Notes: a model not told the origin generated them from the sequence alone. Counted from the first letter of the stretch, positions 9,182-18,082 are shown. The stretch is DNA of 64,000 nucleotides from Acidimicrobiia bacterium (GCA_035512955.1 DATKCZ010000013.1:305-64304), one strand, 5' to 3'. Made by a program: numbers and translations.

Positions 9182-10074
9182 GTCCCGCTTCTACGTCCGG
9201 TGCGTCGACGCTCCCCATTGCCTCCTCCGGAAGGCCGGCGATAGGTCTTGATCCAGCCAACACAGTCCACGTCGTTGCCGTTCAAGACGTTGGCCGCCAT
9301 CACCGCCTGGCGCACCTCGGGCTCGAGGGGATTGGTGATCGCCGAGGTAAGCCCGCTCGCGGCCGCCATGGCGAGAAAGGTGGCGTTGATCCCGATCCGG
9401 TTGGGGAGGCCAAAGCTGATGTTGGAGGCCCCGACGGTGGTGTTGACCTCCAGCTCGTGGCGGAGACGGGAGACGAGACGAAACACCTGTCGCCCAGCGG
9501 TCGGCATCGCACCGATCGGCATGACCAGAGGGTCGACAACCACGTCTTCTCGGGGGATGCCGTGGTCGGCCGCCCGGTTGACGATCTTCTTCGCCACCTC
9601 GAACCTGACGTCGGGATCTTCGGAGATACCGGTCTCGTCGTTGCTTATGGCCACGACCGCCGCTCCATACTTGGCAATGAGCGGAAGCACCGCCTCGAGA
9701 CGCTCATCCTCTCCGGTGACCGAGTTGACCAAGGGCTTTCCCTCATACACGGCGAGGCCTGCGGCCAGTGCGTCGACGATGGAAGAGTCGATCGAGAGAG
9801 GGACGTCCGTGATGGACTGGACCAGTTTCACGGTGGCGGCGAGGATCGCCGGCTCGTCGGCGAGGGGTATCCCGGCATTGACATCGAGCATGTGGGCGCC
9901 CGCCTCGACCTGGGCGGCGGCGTCGGCAGCCACCCGTGTGTAGTCGCCTTTTCTCATCTCCTCGGCGAGGAGCTTGCGCCCGGTCGGGTTGATGCGCTCT
10001 CCGATGATGACGAACGGATGGTCGAACCCGATAACCACATCCCGGGTGGCCGAGCTCAGCACGGTCAGTGTCAT
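9178..10074 (-). CDS. Methyltetrahydrofolate:corrinoid methyltransferase (pterin-binding DHPS-like domain, MetH/AcsE/MtgA-like)
   Basis: Motifs are IIGERINPTG, MLDVNAG, PLSIDSS, LVNSVTGE and GASNISFGLP. Confidence 0.85.
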   Translation of the reverse strand: MTLTVLSSATRDVVIGFDHPFVIIGERINPTGRKLLAEEMRKGDYTRVAADAAAQVEAGAHMLDVNAGIPLADEPAILAATVKLVQSITDVPLSIDSSIVDALAAGLAVYEGKPLVNSVTGEDERLEAVLPLIAKYGAAVVAISNDETGISEDPDVRFEVAKKIVNRAADHGIPREDVVVDPLVMPIGAMPTAGRQVFRLVSRLRHELEVNTTVGASNISFGLPNRIGINATFLAMAAASGLTSAITNPLEPEVRQAVMAANVLNGNDVDCVGWIKTYRRPSGGGNGERRRTGRRSGT

Positions 10075-10691
10075 GTGGAGAGCCGGTGCCGGGGGGAGAG
10101 TTGCACCAGGGCCGGCTCCATCTCGCCATGACCCACGAGCCGGCGCTCGAAGCGCAGTTTGAGCCGCATGGCCGCCACCCTGGCTGCCTGGGTGAGGGCG
10201 GGGTCATCGACCTGGGCCAGGTGGACGACTCTCTCGTAGTTGCCGAAGTAGTCCTCGAGCAGCTCGGGCCAGCGGTCTAGCCCGAGCCCTTGCCAGATGA
10301 GACGATCGAAGTGCCTGGTCAGGTAGTCGGTGAGATACAGAGTGCCGGGCTCGTCTTCGTGCATGAGGTCGAACGCCTCGATCCCGGCATAGAACTGGTA
10401 ACAGTGCGCACCGGGCAACCGTTCGACCTCGAACTCGTCGAGGACCTCGTCCAACAGACCACCCGTCCCACAGTCCCCATAGGCGACGAAAACGGTGTCG
10501 TGGCCCCTCGCAGCCTCGAGCTTGGCCCGTACCGCGTCAGGGATCTTCGCAGGAGTGTTGTGCAGGATGGCCGGCAGGCATTCCACCCTGATGTTGTGCA
10601 GACCGTTGCGGGAGACGATCGCGAGCAGTTCGCGGGCGAGGGCCCCGCAGCCGATGACGAGAACGGAGGGAGAATCAAGCCGCGCTGCCAC
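10071..10691 (-). CDS. DUF1638 domain protein
   Basis: Motifs are VLVIGCGALARE .. VFVAYGDCGTGG .. GAHCYQF. The start is uncertain: GTG 10691 is preferred, with alternatives ATG 10739 or ORF start 10772. Confidence 0.7.
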   Translation of the reverse strand: MAARLDSPSVLVIGCGALARELLAIVSRNGLHNIRVECLPAILHNTPAKIPDAVRAKLEAARGHDTVFVAYGDCGTGGLLDEVLDEFEVERLPGAHCYQFYAGIEAFDLMHEDEPGTLYLTDYLTRHFDRLIWQGLGLDRWPELLEDYFGNYERVVHLAQVDDPALTQAARVAAMRLKLRFERRLVGHGEMEPALVQLSPRHRLST

Positions 10692-11367
10692 GCCGCTCCG
10701 TGACCAGCCGCTTCGCCGTGTCGGCGGCGACGGCGGCATCCCGGCAGTAGGCGTCGGCCCCGACCGCCTCACCGAACTCCTCGTTGAGAGGGGCTCCGCC
10801 CACCATGACGATGTAGTGATCGCGGATTCCCTTGTCGACCATCGTGTCGATCACCACCTTCATATAGGGCATGGTCGTGGTCAGCAGCGCCGACATGCCC
10901 AAGATGTCGGGTTTGTGCTGGTCGAGTGCCTGGATGAAGGCATCGGCGTCGGTGTTGATCCCGAGGTCGAACACCTCGAAGCCGGCCCCCTCCAGCATCA
11001 TCGCCACCAGGTTCTTGCCGATGTCGTGGATGTCGCCCTTCACGGTCCCGATGACCACTGTGCCGATCGTCTCCGCCCCGGTCTCGATGAGAAGTGGCCG
11101 GAGGACGGCCATGCCGGCCTTCATCGCCTTGGCGGCGAGAAGGACCTCGGGCACGAACAGGATCCCGTCTCTGAAGTCGATCCCGACGATGCGCATCGCC
11201 TCCACCAGAGCCTCATTGAGCACCCGGGTGGGAGTCCACCCCCGGTCGAGCAGGATCCGGGTCCCCTCGTCGATCTCATCGGCCATGCCGTCGTAGAGGT
11301 CGTCGTGCATCTGGGCGACGAGGTCGTCGTCGGAGAGAGTGGATAGGTCCAGCTCGACTTCGCTCAT
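10675..11367 (-). CDS. Cobalamin-binding corrinoid protein (MtgC/MttC-like)
   Basis: It has the B12-binding DxHxxG motif (GDIHDIGKN) and MSALLTTT. The ATG at 11367 is preceded by a GAGGAGG Shine-Dalgarno sequence. Confidence 0.9.
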   Translation of the reverse strand: MSEVELDLSTLSDDDLVAQMHDDLYDGMADEIDEGTRILLDRGWTPTRVLNEALVEAMRIVGIDFRDGILFVPEVLLAAKAMKAGMAVLRPLLIETGAETIGTVVIGTVKGDIHDIGKNLVAMMLEGAGFEVFDLGINTDADAFIQALDQHKPDILGMSALLTTTMPYMKVVIDTMVDKGIRDHYIVMVGGAPLNEEFGEAVGADAYCRDAAVAADTAKRLVTERRGSAA

Positions 11368-11558
11368 CCGTCCTCCTCGGCGCGTCCCACTCTGCGGGAC
11401 GTTTGGGTGTGATAAGGAATTGGCGGCCAAATACTATTCGTGAAAACGTCGATTGGAAATGCAGTCCCTGGCCGAGGGCCGGTCCACTGGACGGTATGTC
11501 TCACGGCGAGACTTCCTCGAAGAGTGGGCGCGTCGGCTCCGACTAGGGTCGCGAGGTC

Positions 11559-12356
11559 GTGCCAGCCCTTCGATTCGGGACTTTTCTCGCACCGAACATG
11601 ATGTCCGTCTATCAGGCGATCGCCGCTGAGGTCGGTGCCAGCCTGGGGGTCGAGACCGAGTTGGTGGTCGAGTCCGACTACGAGAACTGCCGCAACGACG
11701 TCAACGACGTGTGCTTCGTCTGCAGCCTTCCATACATCCACTTCGAGCGTGAGGGAGTGGCGCCGGCGGTGCCCGTGGCCGCACCGGTCCTACAGGGCGA
11801 TCGGTACGCCGGGAGACCCATCTACTTCTCTGACGTCATCGTGCATCGCGACAGCGAGATCCAGCGCTTCGAGGACCTTCGCGGCCGATCCTGGGCGTAC
11901 AACGAGCCGCTCTCACAATCGGGTTATGGGATCACCCGTTATCACCTGGTTGCGATGGGGGAGACAGGTGGGTTCTTCGGCGAGGTGATCGAGGCCGGGT
12001 TTCACGAGACCGCCATCCGCATGGTCAGAGACCGCGAGGTCGATGCATCCGCGATCGATTCCCAGGTGCTCGCCATCGAGATGAGGGATCATCCCGAGAT
12101 TGCGGACACGTTGCGGGTAATCGATGCTCTCGGGCCCTCGACCATCCAGCCAGTGGCGGTGTCCAAGCGATGGGAGCCTGATTTCCGCGAGGCGATCCGT
12201 GATGTCCTCACTGACCTGCATCGGCGGCCGGGATTTGGGGAGATCCTCGACCACGGGATGATCGAGAGCTTCGTCGAAGTCGGTCCCGAGAGCTATGACG
12301 ACATCCGCCAGATGTTGGAGACCTGCGAGCGCGCCGCCTTCATGGTCATCCGGTGA
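11559..12356 (+). CDS. PhnD/SsuA/transferrin-fold substrate-binding protein without a signal peptide
   Basis: It shows a PhnD-like pattern (LRFGT.., YFSDVIVHRDS, LRGRSWAYNEPLSQSGY, VDASAIDS). There is no N-terminal hydrophobic signal or lipobox, and the ORF cannot be extended upstream. Confidence 0.65.
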   Translation: MPALRFGTFLAPNMMSVYQAIAAEVGASLGVETELVVESDYENCRNDVNDVCFVCSLPYIHFEREGVAPAVPVAAPVLQGDRYAGRPIYFSDVIVHRDSEIQRFEDLRGRSWAYNEPLSQSGYGITRYHLVAMGETGGFFGEVIEAGFHETAIRMVRDREVDASAIDSQVLAIEMRDHPEIADTLRVIDALGPSTIQPVAVSKRWEPDFREAIRDVLTDLHRRPGFGEILDHGMIESFVEVGPESYDDIRQMLETCERAAFMVIR

Positions 12357-12359
12357 GGC

Positions 12360-12680
12360 TCAGGGCGCCCACCCTCCATTGGTCACATAGGAGGTGATCA
12401 GTTCGACTGGGAATGCCTGGTCGACCCGCTTCGCCTCGATCCGGACCTCGGACTCGAGGTCGTCTCCGCAGCTCCTGGTCTCTTCACGCCATTCGGCGAT
12501 GTACTCGTCGGTGGTCGTCTTGCCCGCGATGGTCGCTGCCCTGTCCACGGCGACCATGAAACGGTCGGGGAGCGGTGCGCTGGCCCGATTCCGGCCAGCC
12601 CGTGCCTTGACCTGGGCGGGGATGTCTCGCCAGTAGATCACGGTGACGTGCGGGGTCTCCCTCCTCTCTCCACGTCCCAT
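12360..12680 (-). CDS. Small protein of the so-called 'virulence factor' family (about 100 aa, YWRDIPAQV motif)
   Basis: It carries VTVIYWRDIPAQVKA ... YIAEWRE. The ATG lies 3 nt after the fhs stop. The family assignment comes from memory of similar annotated proteins. Confidence 0.6.
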   Translation of the reverse strand: MGRGERRETPHVTVIYWRDIPAQVKARAGRNRASAPLPDRFMVAVDRAATIAGKTTTDEYIAEWREETRSCGDDLESEVRIEAKRVDQAFPVELITSYVTNGGWAP

Positions 12681-12683
12681 TCC

Positions 12684-14453
12684 TCAGAACAGCCCTACAA
12701 CGTTGCCGTCGTCGTCGACATCGACCTTCATGTAGGCCGGGTTGGCGCCCAGCCCGGGCATGGTCCGCATCTCGCCGAGCAGCGGGGAGATGAACCCGGC
12801 CCCCACCGAGGCGCGCACCTCGCGGACCGGGACGGTGAATCCCTTGGGGGCGCCCTTGAGATTCGGGTCGTGGCTAATCGAGAGATGTGTTTTGGCCATG
12901 CAGATCGGAAGGTACCCGAGCCCCGCCTTCTCGAACCCGGCGATCTGGGTCTCTGCGATGGGGGAGTACTCGACTCCGTCGGCCCCATAGACCCTGGTCG
13001 CGATGGTCTCGATCTTCTCCTTGATCGGACGGTCCAGGGGGTAGAGATAGTCGAAACGGCTGGGCTCCTCACAGGCCTTGGCCACTGCCTCGGCGAGCGC
13101 CCCGGCCCCTTCGCCCCCTTTGGCGTGATGGTCGGTGGTCACCGCTTCGAGCGCTCTAGCGGCCAACGCCATCTCAATGATCAACTCGTGCTCGCGCTGG
13201 GTGTCGGTCGGGAACCTGTTGATAGCCACCACGACGGGGACGCCAAACGACTTCGCGGTGGCGATGTGAGCTTCCAGGTTGGCCATCCCGGCCCTGAGCA
13301 AGGGAAGGTTCTCCTCGGTGTAGGCCGAGTCCAGTGGCCGTCCGGCGACGACTCGCGGCCCGCCGCCATGCGTCTTCAGGGCGCGCACTGTGGCCACCAT
13401 CACCACACAGTCCGGCTTGAGCCCCGAAACCCTGCACTTGATGTCGAAGAACTTCTCCATCCCCATGTCGGCGCCGAATCCCGACTCGGTCACTACGAAG
13501 TCGCCGAGATGGAGGGCGACCCGGTCGGCCAGGATCGAGGAATTGCCGTGTGCGATGTTGGCGAAAGGCCCGGCGTGGACGAAGGCCGCCTGTCCTTCGA
13601 GGGTCTGCATCAGCGTGGGGTTGAGGGTGTCTTTCATCAGGACCGCCACCGCCCCGGCCACCCCGAGATCTTCGAGGGTTATCGACGCACCATCCTTGGC
13701 CGACCCCACCACGACGCGGCCACATCGTTCCCGAAGGTTCCTCAGGGCGGAGGCGTAGTTGTCGCCGTCGGCGAGGGCGAGGATCGCCATCAGCTCACTG
13801 GCTACGGTGATGTCGTAACCGGACTCGCGGGGGCGGCCGTCGGCTGCACCGCCCAGACCGAGCACCACGTTGCGCAGTGCCCGGTCGTTGACATCGACCA
13901 CTCGTCGCCAACTGATCTTGTTGGGGTCGATGTTGAGACGTTTCAGCCCCAGCTCGGCGAGCTGTTTCGTGGTGAGCCGCCCCTCGTGGTACCAGCGGGC
14001 GTCGATGGCGGCGGCCACCAGGTTGTGTGCCGCGGTGATGGCGTGCATGTCACCGGTGAGATGGAGGTTGAACTCGTCCATCGGCACCACCTGGCTGTGA
14101 CCGCCACCGGCTGCGCCACCCTTGATGCCGAAGGTGGGGCCCAGGCTGGGCTGTCGGATGCATGCGATCGACTGGTGCCCCAGGGCGCCGAGACCTTGCA
14201 CCAGTCCGACTGTCGTGGTGGTCTTGCCCTCCCCGAGGGGAGTCGGGGTGATGGCGGTGACGTCGACATACTTACCCTTGGGTTTGGCGCCGATCCGGTT
14301 CAAGACGTCGAGGTGGATCTTGGCCTTGGTCGTGCCGTAGGGGATGACCTCTGATTCCTCCAGCCCGTTCTCGCCAGCGATCTCCATGATCGGCTTCAGG
14401 TTGGCCGCGTAGGCGATCTCGAGGTCGCTGGGGAATGGTCGGGCGGGACTCAA
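12684..14453 (-). CDS. fhs: Formate--tetrahydrofolate ligase
   Basis: Motifs are SDLEIA, TPTPLGEGKTTTTVGL and the C-terminal PGLGANPAY. I chose the TTG at 14453, which follows GAGGAGA. The longest ORF start is the GTG at 14522. Confidence 0.92.
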   Translation of the reverse strand: MSPARPFPSDLEIAYAANLKPIMEIAGENGLEESEVIPYGTTKAKIHLDVLNRIGAKPKGKYVDVTAITPTPLGEGKTTTTVGLVQGLGALGHQSIACIRQPSLGPTFGIKGGAAGGGHSQVVPMDEFNLHLTGDMHAITAAHNLVAAAIDARWYHEGRLTTKQLAELGLKRLNIDPNKISWRRVVDVNDRALRNVVLGLGGAADGRPRESGYDITVASELMAILALADGDNYASALRNLRERCGRVVVGSAKDGASITLEDLGVAGAVAVLMKDTLNPTLMQTLEGQAAFVHAGPFANIAHGNSSILADRVALHLGDFVVTESGFGADMGMEKFFDIKCRVSGLKPDCVVMVATVRALKTHGGGPRVVAGRPLDSAYTEENLPLLRAGMANLEAHIATAKSFGVPVVVAINRFPTDTQREHELIIEMALAARALEAVTTDHHAKGGEGAGALAEAVAKACEEPSRFDYLYPLDRPIKEKIETIATRVYGADGVEYSPIAETQIAGFEKAGLGYLPICMAKTHLSISHDPNLKGAPKGFTVPVREVRASVGAGFISPLLGEMRTMPGLGANPAYMKVDVDDDGNVVGLF

Positions 14454-14578
14454 AGGACTTCTCTCCTCGCGCTGGCTGGTCCATTTGTGCTGCGTGATGG
14501 TACAAGTGCCACCCAACGGCACAAGTGGTTTGGCTCGACCGGGGTGGGTCCCCTTTGGTTATCTTCGGGACTCGTCGA

Positions 14579-17002
14579 ATGGGAGCAGTGTTGAACACGA
14601 AGTATCGGGTGGTGATCGTGGGTGGCGGTGTGGTCGGGGCCAGTGTCGCCTATCACCTCGCCAAGCTGGGGTGGTCCGACGTGGCCATCATCGAGCGATC
14701 CGTGCTGACCGCCGGCTCCAGCTGGCATGCCGCCGGTGGGGTCCACGCTCTCAATGCCGATCCCAACATGTCCGCGCTTCAGACCTACACCATCGATCTG
14801 CTGTCGGAGGTCTCCGCGGAGTCGGGTCACGACATCAGTCTCCACATGACCGGCGGGATCTCGGTGGCCTCGGCTCCGCAGCGGTGGGAATGGCTCCAGG
14901 CCACCTACCGGATCTATCAGACCATGGGGATCGAGGACTGCTGGCTGATGACCCCTGAAGAGATAGCCGACAAGTGCCCGATAATCAGCACCGAGGGGGT
15001 GCTTGGCGGGCTGTGGGCCGACCGGGAAGGGCACATCGACCCTTCGGCCGTGGTCCACGCCTACGCCAAGGCAGCCCGTCAACGGGGTGCGGATGTCATC
15101 GAGCACAACCGGGTGGTCGAGCTCAACCCGAGACCGGACGGGACCTGGGACGTCGTCACCGAGCAGGGGACCATCCACGCCGAGCACGTGGTCAATGCAG
15201 CCGGGCTATGGGCCAAGCACGTGGGACGGATGGTCGGCTGGGAGGCGCCGGTGTCGCCTCTCGCCCACCACTACCTCATCACCGAGGAGATGCCCGAGAT
15301 CGAGGATCTCGACTTCGAGATCCCGATGATGATCGATCTCGAGGGCTTTACCTACATGCGTCAAGAGCGCAACGGGCTTCTCGTCGGAATCTACGAGATC
15401 GAGCACAAGCACTGGAACATGGATGGTGCGCCGTGGGACTACGGCGTCGAGTTGCTCACTCCCGACGTCGACCGCATCTCCAACGAGATCGCCATGGCGA
15501 TGACCCGGTACCCGGTCCTCGAGCACACCGGAATCAACCGGTGGGTCAACGGCGCCTTCACCTTCTCTCCCGACGGCAATCCCCTCGTCGGCCCGGTTCC
15601 CGGTCTGCGCAACTACTGGTCTGCATGTGCGGTGATGGCGGGGTTCCTCCAGGGTGGCGGTGTCGGCAAGTCGCTGGCAGAGTGGATGATCGAGGGAGAG
15701 CCCGAGGAAGACCCCTTCGCCATGGATGTCGCCCGCTTCGGCTCCTATGCGGAGAACCGGGAGTACATCAAGGAGAAGACCGGGCAGTTCTACTCACGGC
15801 GCTTCGTGATGACCTTCCCCAACGAGCAGCTCTGGGAGGCCCGTCCCCTCCGGATGGCGCCGGCATACGACGCGATGAGCCGGGCCGGCGCCTACTGGGG
15901 AGAGATGTACGGGCTGGAGGTGCCCCTCTACTTCGCCCCGGAGGGTTTCGAGGAGACCCCCACGCTGAAGAGGTCGAACGCCTTCGACATCGTCGGTGAG
16001 GAGTGCCGACGGGTTCGTTCCGGGGTGGGGGTGATCGACATCACCGGGTTTTCCCGATACGAGGTGACCGGCTCCAGGGCCGAGCAATGGCTCGACCGTC
16101 TGATGTCGGTCAAGCTGCCCGTTCCCGGTCGGATCAAGCTGTCGCCCATGCTGGGCCACGACGGCCGGCTCAAGGGCGACCTGACCCTTTTCAACTGGGG
16201 TGACGGCACCTGGTGGATCATGGGCTCCTACTACCTCCGCGCCTGGCACATGCGATGGTTCGACGACCATCTCGAAGACGGCGTGTCCGTGCGTGACGTG
16301 TCCGATGCGGTGGTCGGGTTCGGTCTCAGCGGCCCAGGGTCACGTCGGCTGATGGAGTTGGTCAGCCATGACGACGTGTCCAACGAGGCCATGCGATTCA
16401 TGAGGTGCCGCGAGATGGACATCGGGCTCATCCGCGCCAAAGTCGGCCGGATCTCGGTGACCGGTGAGCTGGGATATGAGATCCATTGCTCCGCAGCCGA
16501 GCACAACCTGTTGCGAAAGATCCTGGTCGAGGCCGGTCGCGAGGTGGGGGCAGTCGAGTACGGGTTCAACGCCATGGGCTCGCTTCGCATGGAGAAGAGC
16601 TTTGGCATCTGGTCCAAGGAGTTCCGTCAGGAGTACACGCCGGGGATGACCGGGATGGATCGGTGGATCGACTGGTCGAAGGACTTCATCGGTGCCGAGG
16701 CGGCTCGCAAGGAATGGGACGAGGACGGTGCCGAGCTCAAGCTGGTCACCCTCGAGGTGGATGCCCTGGATGCCGACGGGTCGGAATACGAGCCGGTGTG
16801 GTCGGGTGAGAAGCGGGTCGGCTACGTGACGTCGGGGGAGTATGGCCACGTCGTCGGCAAGAGCCTCGCCATGGCCCTGGTCGATCGCGAGCATGCCTCC
16901 GAGGGAACCGAGTTGAGCACCCATGTCGTCGGGGTGGAGCGACCGGCGACGGTCATCGCCACCTCGCCCTACGACCCGAGCGGCTCGGCAATGCGGGGCT
17001 GA
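14579..17002 (+). CDS. Dimethylglycine/sarcosine dehydrogenase family enzyme (FAD oxidoreductase plus GcvT-like THF-binding domain)
   Basis: It has the dinucleotide-binding motif VVIVGGGVVGASVAYHL, SSWHAAGG (the covalent-flavin His context) and a C-terminal aminomethyltransferase-like domain. Confidence 0.88.
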   Translation: MGAVLNTKYRVVIVGGGVVGASVAYHLAKLGWSDVAIIERSVLTAGSSWHAAGGVHALNADPNMSALQTYTIDLLSEVSAESGHDISLHMTGGISVASAPQRWEWLQATYRIYQTMGIEDCWLMTPEEIADKCPIISTEGVLGGLWADREGHIDPSAVVHAYAKAARQRGADVIEHNRVVELNPRPDGTWDVVTEQGTIHAEHVVNAAGLWAKHVGRMVGWEAPVSPLAHHYLITEEMPEIEDLDFEIPMMIDLEGFTYMRQERNGLLVGIYEIEHKHWNMDGAPWDYGVELLTPDVDRISNEIAMAMTRYPVLEHTGINRWVNGAFTFSPDGNPLVGPVPGLRNYWSACAVMAGFLQGGGVGKSLAEWMIEGEPEEDPFAMDVARFGSYAENREYIKEKTGQFYSRRFVMTFPNEQLWEARPLRMAPAYDAMSRAGAYWGEMYGLEVPLYFAPEGFEETPTLKRSNAFDIVGEECRRVRSGVGVIDITGFSRYEVTGSRAEQWLDRLMSVKLPVPGRIKLSPMLGHDGRLKGDLTLFNWGDGTWWIMGSYYLRAWHMRWFDDHLEDGVSVRDVSDAVVGFGLSGPGSRRLMELVSHDDVSNEAMRFMRCREMDIGLIRAKVGRISVTGELGYEIHCSAAEHNLLRKILVEAGREVGAVEYGFNAMGSLRMEKSFGIWSKEFRQEYTPGMTGMDRWIDWSKDFIGAEAARKEWDEDGAELKLVTLEVDALDADGSEYEPVWSGEKRVGYVTSGEYGHVVGKSLAMALVDREHASEGTELSTHVVGVERPATVIATSPYDPSGSAMRG

Positions 17003-17046
17003 CCTGACGCCATCAAGACTTGGCGTCGTTCTGCCGATGCGCCTCG

Positions 17047-17772
17047 ATGCCCAACGATGAGCGCAAGAGCAGCGAGGACCTGATTCGGGAGGCACAGAAC
17101 AGGCTTCGCCCCCCGCGTACCGAGCCCAGCTCCGCCGAGCGTGTCGGGGGCTCGGCCGAGGCGTCATCACCGCGAGTCGAGCCGACGCCGGTCGCGGATC
17201 GCCCGGAGCGTCAGCCCCCGACGACCGAACCGCCATCCCCGCCCATCGAGGTTCAGCCTCCACGCCGGTCGTGGTGGACCGAGAGACGGGTGCTGAGCTG
17301 GGCCGTGACCGTCTTGGTCTTCGTGGGGTGGGGCTTCTTCTCCTCGCTCGACGATGCCAGCCGGGATGGGACAGGGGAGATCGTCTCCAGCGGCGACCTC
17401 GACGTGATGACACTCCAGATCGGCGACTGCTTCAACGATCCTGCCGAGTTGGAAGACGTGGTCTTCAATGTCGCAGCAGTCCCGTGCGCTCAGCCTCACG
17501 ACAACGAGGTGTTTGCCGTCCACTCGATCGCCGGGGTCTTTGGCGATGTCTACCCTGGTGAGGAGGCCCTCGACGGGCATGGGTACGAGGTTTGCAGCGG
17601 CGGGCTCTTCGACGCCTACGTCGGCACCCCCTACTCGGATTCTGCTCTCGCCGTGTTCACCTTCACACCCACCGACGAGTCGTGGGGCCAGGGCGATCGC
17701 CAAGTGGTGTGCGCGCTCTATCGGCTCGACTTCTCCAAGCTGAGGCGGACCGCGCGCGCGAGCGGACTGTAA
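17047..17772 (+). CDS. Septum-formation family membrane protein
   Basis: It has a Pro-rich N-terminus, one TM (VLSWAVTVLVFVGWGFF), and then GDCF...VPC..PHDNEVF...VVC, a Cys pattern typical of the family. Confidence 0.6.
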   Translation: MPNDERKSSEDLIREAQNRLRPPRTEPSSAERVGGSAEASSPRVEPTPVADRPERQPPTTEPPSPPIEVQPPRRSWWTERRVLSWAVTVLVFVGWGFFSSLDDASRDGTGEIVSSGDLDVMTLQIGDCFNDPAELEDVVFNVAAVPCAQPHDNEVFAVHSIAGVFGDVYPGEEALDGHGYEVCSGGLFDAYVGTPYSDSALAVFTFTPTDESWGQGDRQVVCALYRLDFSKLRRTARASGL

Positions 17773-17809
17773 GGGGGACTGGCACCAAACGACCCTCTAG
17801 ATTTCCGGG

Positions 17810-18082
17810 TCACGCCGCCCCGGCGAGCAACCAGGTCGCGTAAGCCTTCGGCCATGACATGTCCTGTTCCTCGGAGCGGTAGCGAAGGTCCGCCTCGGCC
17901 AGCCAGGTGGCGAGCTCCTCTACGCTCTTCTCGGTGCCGAGGATCCGATTCACATCGTCGACGAGGTGCTCCGCATACCAGTCCGACCATTGGGGATTTA
18001 CTCCTCCGGTCGCAGCGTGATGCGCCCGGGCGGTGTTCACGAGATGTCCCACCAGAGTGTTGAAAGATTCCGGGTCGTCCAC
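17810..18082 (-). CDS. Hypothetical small protein
   Basis: This 90-aa ORF has a GTG start and coding-like third-position GC. I did not recognise any domain. Confidence 0.4.
   Translation of the reverse strand: MDDPESFNTLVGHLVNTARAHHAATGGVNPQWSDWYAEHLVDDVNRILGTEKSVEELATWLAEADLRYRSEEQDMSWPKAYATWLLAGAA

Noticed and set aside
7295-9244. Very long ORFs lie antisense to well-supported genes. Examples are 7295-9244 (+, 649 aa), 12648-14354 (+, 568 aa), 31523-33043 (-, 506 aa), 34390-36828 (+, 812 aa), 56633-58207 (-, 524 aa), 1525-2556 (-), 19681-20751 (+), 23243-24244 (+), 25106-26137 (+), 41819-42982 (-), 46889-47848 (+) and 48303-49574 (+).
   Set aside because: Each lies opposite a gene with clear family motifs. 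Their translations are Arg/Gly/Pro/His/Asp-rich low-complexity strings with no recognisable domains. This is the expected shadow-ORF artefact of stop-codon-poor high-GC DNA.
11368-11558. I considered a possible cobalamin riboswitch in the divergent region next to the corrinoid-protein gene. Fragments such as GGTGTGATAAGGAA and GTCCACTGG resemble pieces of B12-element motifs.
   Set aside because: The conserved core elements do not occur in the correct order or spacing on either strand as far as I can judge by eye. An Infernal scan with RF00174 would be decisive, and without it the call is unsupported.
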